A DNA stretch of 64,000 nt from Comamonadaceae bacterium (lineage in GTDB: Bacteria; Pseudomonadota; Gammaproteobacteria; Burkholderiales; Burkholderiaceae_C). Location: contig CANBWY010000003.1 in NCBI GenBank assembly GCA_947373245.1, positions 1,093 to 65,092 on the forward strand, given 5' to 3'. The translations under genes and the position numbers were made by a program. The notes below the pieces were generated by a model, which was not told where the DNA came from, did not search any database, and saw only the letters and a program-made list of their open reading frames with translations. Position 1 is the first letter of the stretch. Each line of letters begins with the position of its first letter. Below, in pieces: positions 47,874 through 57,085 of the stretch.

Positions 47874-47889
47874 TGGCTTGGTATTTGCT
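47874..47889 (+). promoter_or_regulatory. sigma54 promoter of pedF
   Basis: TGGCTTGGTATTTGCT, GG-N10-GC. Confidence 0.65.
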
Positions 47890-47930
47890 TGATGACTCAG
47901 GTCAATTACTCCATCCTGAACACAGAGGTT

Positions 47931-48431
47931 ATGCACGTCATGTCATTCGTTGCCACACAAACCGTCCGTCGATTACTCGGCGCATCTTTCGCCTTGGTCT
48001 TGGCTTGCAGCAGCCTACAGAGTTACGCGCACGGGGATGTTGTGCCGCACTCTGTGGACACATCCACCTTGCCTCAGCTAGGCGAAAAATGGCTGGATGC
48101 CAATCCCTACTCGACGGGTCCAGCCAACAAAGAGGCGTTGCGAATTGGCGCATCTGCGTACAACCAAAATTGTGCACGTTGCCATGGACTGGAGGCTATC
48201 TCTGGCGGCATCTCTCCCGATCTACGAAAAATAGACAACGATTGCACTGAGTTGGCCGATGAGGCTAAAAAGAATGCGTGCTACCAAGAGATCAACGAAT
48301 ACTTCGTAGCCACCGTGCGTCGTGGCCGCGCACGTGATGGCCGGGTTTACATGCCGCCGTTTGAGGGCATTCTTTCGCAAGAGGCGATTTGGTCCATCAA
48401 GACTTACCTTGAAACACGCCGTGAGCGTTAA
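47931..48431 (+). CDS. pedF: Cytochrome c550 (PedF/ExaB-type acceptor for PQQ-ADH)
   Basis: AHGDVVP..VDT..LP.LG, GASAYNQNCARCHG, PDLR, VYMPPF. Confidence 0.9.
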   Translation: MHVMSFVATQTVRRLLGASFALVLACSSLQSYAHGDVVPHSVDTSTLPQLGEKWLDANPYSTGPANKEALRIGASAYNQNCARCHGLEAISGGISPDLRKIDNDCTELADEAKKNACYQEINEYFVATVRRGRARDGRVYMPPFEGILSQEAIWSIKTYLETRRER

Positions 48432-48441
48432 GGAGTTGGCT

Positions 48442-49323
48442 TTGAAATCGTCTACCAAAAGCGTTAGTTCGGGTCTTTCACGTCGTAAAGTTCTGGCGCT
48501 TGCGCCCACTTTGTGGGGCCTACAAGGTCTGTCGCATGCGCAAGAACTGAGCGCGATGGAAAAGATCAAAGCCAGAGGCACCTTGAAGGTGGCGGTCTAC
48601 AAAGACAACGCGCCTTATTCCGATGGTCCAAATTCTGATATTCAAGGCTTGGATGTCTCGTTGGCCAAAGCCTTGGCTGCAAAACTCAACCTTCAGCTCG
48701 CCTTGCTGCCTTTTGATGCGGGCGAGAACATGAACGATGACCTGCGCAACATGGTTTGGAAGGGGCATTACTTGGGTTACGGGCCAGCCGACATGATGAT
48801 CCATGTGCCCGTGGATCGGTACTTGATGAATGAAAACAAACAAGTCATGATTTTTGGCGCCTATGTGCGTGAGCACTTGGTGGTGCTGCACAGCCCATCA
48901 AAAATCGCGACGGTCGAAGCCCCTGATGCGTTGGTGGGCAAAACAATTGCGGTGGAAAAAGGCAGTGGTGCCGCAAGCGCTTTGATGGGTTATCGCGGCG
49001 GCATGGTCCGCGAAAAAGTATCCATTTACAAGGATGGTGTGGATGCCGCGAAGGCGGTGCTTTCTGGACAAGTCGATGCCGCCTATCTCAGCCGCGCGCA
49101 AGCCGAGGCTGCCATTCACGCCAGCCACACCAAGGGCGATTGGATGCTGTCAACCATGCCCTTGCCCGGTGTCATGCCTGCGGGTTGGCCTTTGGGCATG
49201 GCGGTGAAGTCGGACAACAAAGAGCTGGTCACTGCACTGGACGAGGCCTTGGCATCCATGCGCCAAAGTGGCGAGTTGCTGGCGATGTTTCAATCGCATG
49301 GATTGACCTTGGCGGCGCCTTGA
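48442..49323 (+). CDS. Quinoprotein dehydrogenase-associated periplasmic binding protein (MxaJ/XoxJ/PedG-like)
   Basis: TTG start after AAGGAG; SRRKVL twin-arginine-like signal; SBP family 3 features (LKVAVY.DNAPYS, GLDV.LA, DDLRNMVWKGHYLG). Confidence 0.82.
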   Translation: MKSSTKSVSSGLSRRKVLALAPTLWGLQGLSHAQELSAMEKIKARGTLKVAVYKDNAPYSDGPNSDIQGLDVSLAKALAAKLNLQLALLPFDAGENMNDDLRNMVWKGHYLGYGPADMMIHVPVDRYLMNENKQVMIFGAYVREHLVVLHSPSKIATVEAPDALVGKTIAVEKGSGAASALMGYRGGMVREKVSIYKDGVDAAKAVLSGQVDAAYLSRAQAEAAIHASHTKGDWMLSTMPLPGVMPAGWPLGMAVKSDNKELVTALDEALASMRQSGELLAMFQSHGLTLAAP

Positions 49324-49338
49324 GGCGGCGGTTCACCG

Positions 49339-50118
49339 TCAGTCCAAATCAAAGTGAATGCCAGCTTTCACGACCCATTGGTCGACACTGCCCCCCGTTG
49401 GATTGCGTGGCTTACCTAGGCCAAGGTTCCACCGGGTGGTGTTAGTGCCTTGTTGGTCCCACACCAAATAAATCGATTCATCGCGTTGACGCTGGGGCAG
49501 CACAGCTGACACGGCCCCCCAACTGCTGAAATACTCCAAGCCCAATTGCCCCGACCCAGTGATGGCTTTAGAAATTTTGGCGGACGGTTGAAATTGGGCT
49601 TTGCGGTTTGAGCCACTCAGTGGTAGTTCAATCGAAGGGTTCACTGCCAGATGCCAAGTCTGCCATCTGTAGCCCAAGATGGGATTGATGCCCATGCTGT
49701 TGCTGCCCTGTGTGTCGTAAGGTGTCGTCGTGTAGCCCCAATCGCCACGAACGCCCCAGTAGCCACCGTGCGTCATGTGATGCGCAGCGACATATTGCAC
49801 TTCCGCTTTGAGGCCTTCGAGGGTGTGGTGCCCTTGGGTATGCGCGGTGGGCAGTTCAAGACCCACAGCCCAGCCATGGCCAAGACCATACCCATATTCC
49901 ATCAGCGTTTGCGTCACGCGCCCATGGGGGCCGTCGTGGCTAGGCTTGGGCTTGGCAACACTCATGAGCAATTCAAGTTCTGCCTCACCGTCTTGTGGGT
50001 TGTCATCGGTGTAGATTCTTAATTCGTACGACGCCGCCCAAACGGGCGTTGTGCATGTGATGCCAACCACAAGGCTTAACGCTAGGCCGAGTGCTTGATG
50101 ACGGGTTTTGACGCGCAA
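49339..50118 (-). CDS. Hypothetical exported protein, probable small outer-membrane beta-barrel
   Basis: Signal peptide ending VWA; alternating aromatic/polar strands (EYGYG, LGLEYF, WNLGLG, KAGIHFDLD). Confidence 0.6.
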   Translation of the reverse strand: MRVKTRHQALGLALSLVVGITCTTPVWAASYELRIYTDDNPQDGEAELELLMSVAKPKPSHDGPHGRVTQTLMEYGYGLGHGWAVGLELPTAHTQGHHTLEGLKAEVQYVAAHHMTHGGYWGVRGDWGYTTTPYDTQGSNSMGINPILGYRWQTWHLAVNPSIELPLSGSNRKAQFQPSAKISKAITGSGQLGLEYFSSWGAVSAVLPQRQRDESIYLVWDQQGTNTTRWNLGLGKPRNPTGGSVDQWVVKAGIHFDLD

Positions 50119-50120
50119 GC

Positions 50121-51209
50121 TCAGATCCCAGCGTCTTCCACTTGAATTGCACCACGACGAATTTGGTCGCGCTCCAACGATTCAAACAAAGCTTTGAAGT
50201 TGCCTTCGCCAAATCCTTCGTCTGCTTTGCGCTGGATGAATTCAAAGAACACCGGGCCCATCAAAGGTTGAGAAAAAATTTGCAAGAGCAAACGCTTTTC
50301 GCCATGGGTGGTGCAGCCGTCCAACAAAATGCCGCGCGCTTGCAGCGCGGGCACGGGTTCACCGTGGTCGGGCAGGCGTTCATTCAGCATGTCGTAATAA
50401 ATGTCGTTGGGGGCTGTCATCAAGGGGATGCCCGCCATTTGCAAAGCGTCCACACTTGCCAGTAGGTTGTCTGTGCTCAAGGCAATGTGTTGAATGCCTT
50501 CGCCATTGAATTGCATCAAAAACTCTTCGATTTGGCCGCCCGTTTTGCCAGACTCCTCATTGAGTGGAATGCGAATCAAGCCGTCAGGCGCTGCCATTGC
50601 ACGGCTGGTCAAACCGGTGTAATCGCCCTTGATGTCAAAGTAGCGGATTTCACGAAAGTTGAAAATCTTTTCGTAGAAGCTGCCCCAAAAAGCCATGCGC
50701 CCTTTGTAGACGTTGTGGGTCAGATGGTCGATCATCTTGAGTCCATGGCCTTTGGGGTGACGCTCAACGCCTTCTGTGAATTCAAAGTCGATGTCGTAGA
50801 TGCTCTTGCCGTCTTCAAAGCGGTCAATTAAATACAAAGGCGCGCCGCCGATGCCTTTGATCGCTGGCAGGCGAAGTTCCATGGGACCCGTTGGCACGTC
50901 CACCGGTTGTGCGCCCATCTCCAAAGCGCGGGCGTAGGCTTGGTGTGAATCTTTCACACGGAAAGCCAAGGCGCAAGCACAGGGGCCATGCTCTGCCGCA
51001 AAGTAACCGGCCAAGCTTTTGGGCTCGCGGTTGACGATGAAGTTGATGTCACCTTGACGGTACAACACCACCTCCTTTGAGCGATGTTTGGCCACCCGCG
51101 TGAAGCCCATTTTTTCGAAAAGAGGCTCAATCAAACCATGCGCAGGCGACGCAAACTCGACAAATTCAAAGCCGCACAAGCCCATGGGATTTTCAAATAA
51201 ATCAGGCAT
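50121..51209 (-). CDS. hppD: 4-hydroxyphenylpyruvate dioxygenase
   Basis: [51 protein letters not shown]. Confidence 0.96.
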   Translation of the reverse strand: MPDLFENPMGLCGFEFVEFASPAHGLIEPLFEKMGFTRVAKHRSKEVVLYRQGDINFIVNREPKSLAGYFAAEHGPCACALAFRVKDSHQAYARALEMGAQPVDVPTGPMELRLPAIKGIGGAPLYLIDRFEDGKSIYDIDFEFTEGVERHPKGHGLKMIDHLTHNVYKGRMAFWGSFYEKIFNFREIRYFDIKGDYTGLTSRAMAAPDGLIRIPLNEESGKTGGQIEEFLMQFNGEGIQHIALSTDNLLASVDALQMAGIPLMTAPNDIYYDMLNERLPDHGEPVPALQARGILLDGCTTHGEKRLLLQIFSQPLMGPVFFEFIQRKADEGFGEGNFKALFESLERDQIRRGAIQVEDAGI

Positions 51210-51247
51210 AAAAAACTCCAAAAATGAATGCGTTGACGAGCGCCGTT

Positions 51248-51679
51248 TCAAGGCTCTAAATGTTGCGACAAATCATCTAACGCATCGTAAAAACTTTGAA
51301 GCTGTTTGACGCCGATCAGGGCTTCAATTTCTTCATATTTGGCATCAATGACGGGGGCCAGTTTTTTGCACAGCTTTTTAGCGCGCACAGTCAGTGTCAC
51401 GTTAACCCGTCTGTGGTCGTGGTCCATTCGTTCTTTGGCGATCAGTCCAGCCTCTTCCATGCGCATGAGGACGCCTGCAATGCTCGGGCTTGAAATCAAA
51501 CATTTTTCACACAACTGACGCGGCTCAAGTGACGCATCTTCTAGCAAAGCGCGCAAAATTCGCCATTGCTGTTCTGTCACACCGTGCGCTTGGAGCATGG
51601 GTCGAAATCGACGCATCAGCGTTTCTCGTGCCTGAAGCAAAAGGTACGGCAAGTTTCGATGTCTGAGTGGACTTGTCAT
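51248..51679 (-). CDS. hpaR: MarR-family repressor of homoprotocatechuate degradation
   Basis: [37 protein letters not shown]; divergent from the hpa operon. Confidence 0.92.
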   Translation of the reverse strand: MTSPLRHRNLPYLLLQARETLMRRFRPMLQAHGVTEQQWRILRALLEDASLEPRQLCEKCLISSPSIAGVLMRMEEAGLIAKERMDHDHRRVNVTLTVRAKKLCKKLAPVIDAKYEEIEALIGVKQLQSFYDALDDLSQHLEP

Positions 51680-51791
51680 GGTGATGCGTGATTGTTCTGT
51701 GGATGAAATGTAACTGGCGCAGCCTTCCCAAGGTGTGTCTTGTGGCGATCAATCTAGGGGGAAACACTGATTAATTGCGCAAGCTGATGCA

Positions 51792-51839
51792 TTGACACGC
51801 GCGCAGGCGGGCCCTTAAATTACGTATATATTAGTGAAT
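51792..51839 (+). promoter_or_regulatory. sigma70 promoter of the hpa operon with adjacent candidate HpaR operator
   Basis: TTGACA (51792), 17-18 nt spacer, TTAAAT/TAAATT, then the AT-rich imperfect palindrome ATTACGTATATATTAGTGAAT. Confidence 0.55.
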
Positions 51840-51927
51840 AGGCAGATGTCCATCGTCTGGCTTGTCGTTGCTTCAAGTCTGTGCTTGTCGCGTGTGCCTC
51901 AGTGCGCTGAATTGAGAGAACTCGTCT

Positions 51928-52596
51928 ATGTGGAATCTGACCCAACTTCCTGTGCGCGGCACGGTATACGGTACGTTGTTGAATGACAAATCGGCATTGG
52001 CTGCGTTGGGTGACCAAGTCAATGCACCGCCTTACAAGGCCCCCCCCCAAGCCCCGATTCTGTACATCAAGCCGCGCAACACGCTGGTGGGGCACGGTGC
52101 CCACGTGGTTGTGCCGTCTGATGTTCTGGCGCTTGAAATGGGGGCGACGTTAGGCGTGGTCATGGGGCGCACTGCTTCGAACGTGCGTGCAGAAAATGCC
52201 TTGAGTTACGTTGCGGGATACACCGTGGTGAATGACATCAGCGCGCCACACGCCTCCTTTTATCGCCCATCCATGCGGTTTAAGTGTCGGGATGGTTTTT
52301 GTCCGATGGGGCCTACAGTGGTGCCGCGCGAAGCGATTGCCAACCCAGATGCCTTGCGTGTGACTGTGGCGCTAGATGGTGTTGTGGTTCAAGAGACCAG
52401 TACGGCAGGACGCCTACGCGCCATCGCGCAGTTATTGGCAGAGGTGACTGAGTTCATGACCTTGCATCCAGGGGATGTGATCAGCATTGGTGTAGCCGCA
52501 GGCGCGCCTTTGGCGCGCGTGGGACAGCGGGTCAGCATCAGCATTGAAGGGGTTGGCGTACTTGAAAACACATTGATGGCGGAGGACTTGGCATGA
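51928..52596 (+). CDS. hpaG: HpaG N-terminal subunit (FAA-hydrolase family isomerase/decarboxylase)
   Basis: GTVYGTLLN, APPYKAPP.AP.LYIKPRNT, SFYRP..R.KCRDGFCP. Confidence 0.9.
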   Translation: MWNLTQLPVRGTVYGTLLNDKSALAALGDQVNAPPYKAPPQAPILYIKPRNTLVGHGAHVVVPSDVLALEMGATLGVVMGRTASNVRAENALSYVAGYTVVNDISAPHASFYRPSMRFKCRDGFCPMGPTVVPREAIANPDALRVTVALDGVVVQETSTAGRLRAIAQLLAEVTEFMTLHPGDVISIGVAAGAPLARVGQRVSISIEGVGVLENTLMAEDLA

Positions 52597-53360
52597 AGCG
52601 CGCACAAGTGGCTTATGGCGGCGCCATACACGAGGCCTACGAACACGCGGAGGGTTTGCGCCTTGCGGATGGACGTCTCGTTGCTGAAGATGCCGTGGTG
52701 TGGCTGCCGCCTTACGAAGTAGGCACCATCATCGCGCTGGGTTTGAACTATGCAGACCATGTCAAAGAGCTCTCGAAAGAGTTGACGGTCACCGCGCAAG
52801 ACGAACCCTTGGCATTTCTCAAAGCAACAAGTTCGGTGATTGGCCACCGTGCGCAAACACGCCGCCCTCATGACGTGGCTTTTATGCACTATGAATGCGA
52901 GTTGGCTGTGGTCATTGGACGCACCGCCAAAAATGTGAAGCGCGAAAATGCGATGCAATACGTCGCTGGATACACCGTCGCCAACGACTATGCCATTCGC
53001 GATTATTTGGAAAACTATTACAGGCCGAATTTGCGCGTGAAAAATCGTGATGGCGGAACGGTGCTGGGACCCTGGTTTGTCGATGCGGCAGATGTGGCAG
53101 ATCCGCATGCATTGGCATTGCGCACCTGGGTCAATGGCGTCGTGACGCAGCAGGGAAACACGAGAGACCTGATCTCAGATATTCCTGCACTCATTGAATA
53201 CCTCAGTGGCTTTATGACCTTGAATCCAGGCGATACCATTTTGACGGGCACCCCAGATGGCGTTGTCAACGTCAACGTGGGTGATGAAGTGGTGACGGAG
53301 ATTGACGGCATCGGTCGCTTGGTCAACACCCTCGTGTCTGACGCCGCATTTGGGCGCTGA
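52593..53360 (+). CDS. hpaG: HpaG C-terminal subunit (FAA-hydrolase family)
   Basis: ALGLNYADH, MHYECEL, NDYAIRDYLENYYRPNLRVK, TGTP. Confidence 0.92.
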   Translation: MKRAQVAYGGAIHEAYEHAEGLRLADGRLVAEDAVVWLPPYEVGTIIALGLNYADHVKELSKELTVTAQDEPLAFLKATSSVIGHRAQTRRPHDVAFMHYECELAVVIGRTAKNVKRENAMQYVAGYTVANDYAIRDYLENYYRPNLRVKNRDGGTVLGPWFVDAADVADPHALALRTWVNGVVTQQGNTRDLISDIPALIEYLSGFMTLNPGDTILTGTPDGVVNVNVGDEVVTEIDGIGRLVNTLVSDAAFGR

Positions 53361-53398
53361 GTCAACACAGACCGCTATTTGAATAAAGGAAAACCACC

Positions 53399-54856
53399 AT
53401 GCGTATCGATCACTTGATCAACGGCAAGTCCGTCGCTGCCACCCGATATTTCGAAACAGTGAACCCTGCCACCCAAGAGGTATTGGCTGAGGTGGCCAGT
53501 GGGACTGCGACAGAAGTTAACGCCGCGGTCCAAGCAGCCAAAGATGCATTCCCTGCGTGGGCTGCGCGACCCGCTACCGAGCGCGCCAAGATCATGCGCA
53601 GCTTAGGCGAACTCATCACCCGGCATGTGCCAGAAATCGCGCAAACTGAAACCCAAGATACGGGTCAAACCATCAGCCAGACGGGTAAGCAGTTGGTGCC
53701 ACGCGCCGCTGACAACTTCTCTTACTTTGCCGAAATGTGCACGCGTGTCGATGGCCATACCTACCCAACGCCGACGCATTTGAATTACACGCTTTTCCAT
53801 CCCGTCGGCGTGTGTGCCTTGATTTCGCCCTGGAACGTGCCTTTCATGACCTCGACATGGAAGGTGGCGCCTTGCCTCGCTTTTGGCAACACCGCTGTTT
53901 TGAAAATGAGTGAGCTCTCGCCGTTAACGGCGGCGCGCTTGGGTGAGCTCGCGCTAGAGGCGGGTGTTCCCGCTGGGGTGTTGAACCTCGTGCATGGTTA
54001 TGGCAAAGAGGCGGGTGAGCCGCTGTGTGCCCATCCCGATGTGCGTGCGATTTCGTTCACCGGTTCCACTGCCACGGGCCACCGCATTGTCCAAGCGGCA
54101 GGGCTCAAGAAGTTCAGCATGGAGTTGGGCGGCAAGTCGCCCTTCGTGATTTTTGAGGATGCCGATCTTGACCGTGCCTTGGACGCGGCAGTCTTCATGA
54201 TTTTCAGCAACAACGGTGAGCGCTGTACGGCGGGCAGTCGCATTCTGGTGCAAAAAAGTATTTATGCCGATTTCGCGGCCAAATTCACGGCGCGTGCCAA
54301 ACGCATTGAGGTGGGTGATCCGCTGGATGAAAAAACCATCATTGGCCCCATGATCAGCCAAGGCCATTTGGCCAAGGTGCGTCGCTACATTGAGCTGGGG
54401 TCCAAAGAGGGCGCTTCTCTTTTATGTGGTGGTCTCGATGCACCGGATTTGCCTGCGCACCTTCAAAAGGGCAACTTTGTTCGCCCGACGGTGTTTGCCG
54501 ATGTTGACAACCGCATGCGCATCGCACAAGAAGAAATTTTTGGCCCCGTGGCGTGTTTGATTCCCTTCACGGACGAAGCCGACGCCATTCGTTTGGCGAA
54601 TGACATTGCCTATGGCCTGTCCAGTTATGTTTGGACAGAAAACATTGGTAAAGCGCACCGGGTCGCCGCCGCCGTTGAGGCGGGCATGTGCTTTGTGAAC
54701 AGCCAAAATGTGCGTGATTTGCGTCAGCCCTTTGGCGGCACCAAAGCCAGTGGCACGGGACGCGAGGGGGGGACGTGGAGTTACGAAGTCTTCCTTGAGC
54801 CTAAAAACGTGGCGGTTTCCATGGGCGCGCATCACATTCCCCATTGGGGCGTGTGA
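53399..54856 (+). CDS. hpaE: 5-carboxymethyl-2-hydroxymuconate semialdehyde dehydrogenase
   Basis: ALISPWNVPFMT, NGERCTAGSR, NSQNVRDLRQPFGG, HHIPHWG. Confidence 0.95.
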   Translation: MRIDHLINGKSVAATRYFETVNPATQEVLAEVASGTATEVNAAVQAAKDAFPAWAARPATERAKIMRSLGELITRHVPEIAQTETQDTGQTISQTGKQLVPRAADNFSYFAEMCTRVDGHTYPTPTHLNYTLFHPVGVCALISPWNVPFMTSTWKVAPCLAFGNTAVLKMSELSPLTAARLGELALEAGVPAGVLNLVHGYGKEAGEPLCAHPDVRAISFTGSTATGHRIVQAAGLKKFSMELGGKSPFVIFEDADLDRALDAAVFMIFSNNGERCTAGSRILVQKSIYADFAAKFTARAKRIEVGDPLDEKTIIGPMISQGHLAKVRRYIELGSKEGASLLCGGLDAPDLPAHLQKGNFVRPTVFADVDNRMRIAQEEIFGPVACLIPFTDEADAIRLANDIAYGLSSYVWTENIGKAHRVAAAVEAGMCFVNSQNVRDLRQPFGGTKASGTGREGGTWSYEVFLEPKNVAVSMGAHHIPHWGV

Positions 54857-54891
54857 CCACCACAGCCGGTCCAATACGATAGGAGAGAGAA

Positions 54892-55815
54892 ATGGGAAAG
54901 CTCGCGCTAGCCGCAAAAATAACGCACGTACCCAGCATGTACCTCAGTGAGTTGCCAGGGCCTCGCCACGGGACGAGGCAGGACGCCATTGATGGCCACC
55001 AAGAAATCAGCCGCCGCTGCCGCGCCTTAGGTGTGGACACCTTGGTGGTGTTCGACACCCACTGGTTGGTCAATGCCAATTACCACATCAATTGCGGGGC
55101 CCATTTCAAGGGGACTTACACCAGCAATGAGTTGCCGCACTTCATCAGCAACATGGCGTATGAGTCTTCGGGCAATCCGGAGCTCGGACACATCTTGGCG
55201 AAGGCATGCAATGCCTACGGCGTCGAGACCTTGGCCCACGACGCAACCACATTGCAACCCGAGTATGGAACGCTTGTGCCCTTGCGCTACATGAATGAGG
55301 ACCAGCATTTCAAAGTCATTTCAGTGTCTGCTCTGTGCACCTCGCATTACTTGAACGACAGCGCACGCTTGGGCTGGGCGATGCGTGAAGCGGTGGAAAA
55401 ACACTACGACGGCCATGTGGCATTTTTGGCAAGCGGATCGCTCTCTCACCGATTTGCGCAAAACGGCTTAGCGCCTGAGTTTGCTTTCAAAGTGTGGAGC
55501 CCCTTCCTCGAGCACCTCGATAAGCAAGTGCTTGACATGTGGCACAACCGGGAGTGGCGTGACTTTTGTGACATGCTGCCAGAGTACGCCGCCAAAGGTC
55601 ATGGCGAAGGGTTTATGCACGACACCGCCATGTTGTTGGGGGCCTTGGGCTGGCGTGCCTATGAAGGCGAGGTGGAAATCATCACGCCCTATTTCGGCGC
55701 TTCAGGCACGGGTCAGCTCAATGCCATTTTCGATGTGACAGCGCAAGACGGCAAAGACATTCCCGCAGCGGTTGCCAGTCAAGCACAAGGCTATCAAGCC
55801 GTCACGAGGTTGTAA
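54892..55815 (+). CDS. hpaD: 3,4-dihydroxyphenylacetate 2,3-dioxygenase
   Basis: MGKLALAAKITHVPSMYLSE, VFDTHWLVN, ASGSLSH, GEGFMHDTAML. Confidence 0.96.
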   Translation: MGKLALAAKITHVPSMYLSELPGPRHGTRQDAIDGHQEISRRCRALGVDTLVVFDTHWLVNANYHINCGAHFKGTYTSNELPHFISNMAYESSGNPELGHILAKACNAYGVETLAHDATTLQPEYGTLVPLRYMNEDQHFKVISVSALCTSHYLNDSARLGWAMREAVEKHYDGHVAFLASGSLSHRFAQNGLAPEFAFKVWSPFLEHLDKQVLDMWHNREWRDFCDMLPEYAAKGHGEGFMHDTAMLLGALGWRAYEGEVEIITPYFGASGTGQLNAIFDVTAQDGKDIPAAVASQAQGYQAVTRL

Positions 55816-55819
55816 GCCT

Positions 55820-56251
55820 ATGCCGCAGTTAGTCATTCTTTACACGGGGCAACTCGACCAAGTGGTCGAGATGACATCGCTGTGCCAACAGCTAGCGAAT
55901 GCCATGCGTACGGTGAAAGACGAGGCGGGTAAGCCAGTCTTTCCAACCGGTGGCACGCGCGTGTTAGCTTATCCCGCACCGCATTACGCCGTGGCAGATG
56001 GCGGCGATGCCAGCCTTGCTGCTGGCGGGGATGGTGATTACGCATTCGTGTACCTGAACTTGCGCATGGGGCGAGGTAGAAGTGAGTCGGCACAGCAGCT
56101 CGCGGGGGAAACTTTGGTCAAGGTCGTGAAAGCGTTTTTCTCTCCCCTCATGGCAACAAAACATATCGGTGTGACGCTGCAAATCGATGTCGGGCAAGAG
56201 GTGTTTGACGCCAAGCACAGCAGCATTCACCCACTTTTCAACAAGGGATAA
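55820..56251 (+). CDS. hpaF: 5-carboxymethyl-2-hydroxymuconate isomerase
   Basis: Catalytic Pro2 (MPQLV), [15 protein letters not shown]; position in the operon. Confidence 0.88.
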   Translation: MPQLVILYTGQLDQVVEMTSLCQQLANAMRTVKDEAGKPVFPTGGTRVLAYPAPHYAVADGGDASLAAGGDGDYAFVYLNLRMGRGRSESAQQLAGETLVKVVKAFFSPLMATKHIGVTLQIDVGQEVFDAKHSSIHPLFNKG

Positions 56252-56253
56252 CC

Positions 56254-57075
56254 ATGTCCGTATTTTCTGAAGACCAAGTGCAGGCGCTTGCCGTGGCGCT
56301 GAACCATGCCGAGAAAACAGGTGTGCAGATTGAGCACTTCTCCAAACGCTTTCCGGGCATGACCATCGAAGACGGGTATCGCATCAATCGCGCGTGGATG
56401 GCGCTGAAAAAGTCCGAAGGACGCACCGTCATCGGTCACAAGATTGGGCTGACGAGTCGCGCGATGCAGCGTTCTAGCCAAATTGATGAGCCAGACTACG
56501 GCACGCTGCTCGATGACATGTTGTTCACCTGCACAGAAGGGGTGGTGTTGGATATCCCTTTCAAGAAATTCATTGCCCCTCGTGTCGAGGTTGAGTTGGC
56601 CTTCGTTTTGAAGAAGGCCCTGCATGGCCCCCACATCACGCGGGCAGATGTTCTTGATGCCACTGACTACGTGACACCCGCGATTGAGATCATCGATTCA
56701 CGTATTGAGCAGTTCGATCGACATACAAAAGTCATGCGCAAAGTGTTTGACACGATCAGTGACAACGCGGCCAACGGGGGCATTGTGATGGGGGCTAAAA
56801 AAGTGGACCCCAAGACCACCAACCTGCCTTGGTGCGGGGCTGTTCTGAGCCAAAACGGTGTGGTGGAAGAGACGGGGTTGGCCGCCGGTGTGCAAGGCCA
56901 TCCGGCCATCGGCGTTGCTTGGCTTGCCAACAAACTTGCGCCTTGGGGCGAGCACTTGGAAGTGGGTGAAATCGTCCTCGCTGGCTCATTCACCAAGCCA
57001 GTCCCCGCGGCGGTTGGGGATGTCTTTGACGCCGATTACGGTGCGCTGGGTTGCTTGAAATTTAAATTTGTCTAA
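56254..57075 (+). CDS. hpaH: 2-oxo-hept-4-ene-1,7-dioate hydratase
   Basis: [41 protein letters not shown]. Confidence 0.94.
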   Translation: MSVFSEDQVQALAVALNHAEKTGVQIEHFSKRFPGMTIEDGYRINRAWMALKKSEGRTVIGHKIGLTSRAMQRSSQIDEPDYGTLLDDMLFTCTEGVVLDIPFKKFIAPRVEVELAFVLKKALHGPHITRADVLDATDYVTPAIEIIDSRIEQFDRHTKVMRKVFDTISDNAANGGIVMGAKKVDPKTTNLPWCGAVLSQNGVVEETGLAAGVQGHPAIGVAWLANKLAPWGEHLEVGEIVLAGSFTKPVPAAVGDVFDADYGALGCLKFKFV

Positions 57076-57085
57076 GAGGCTAATC

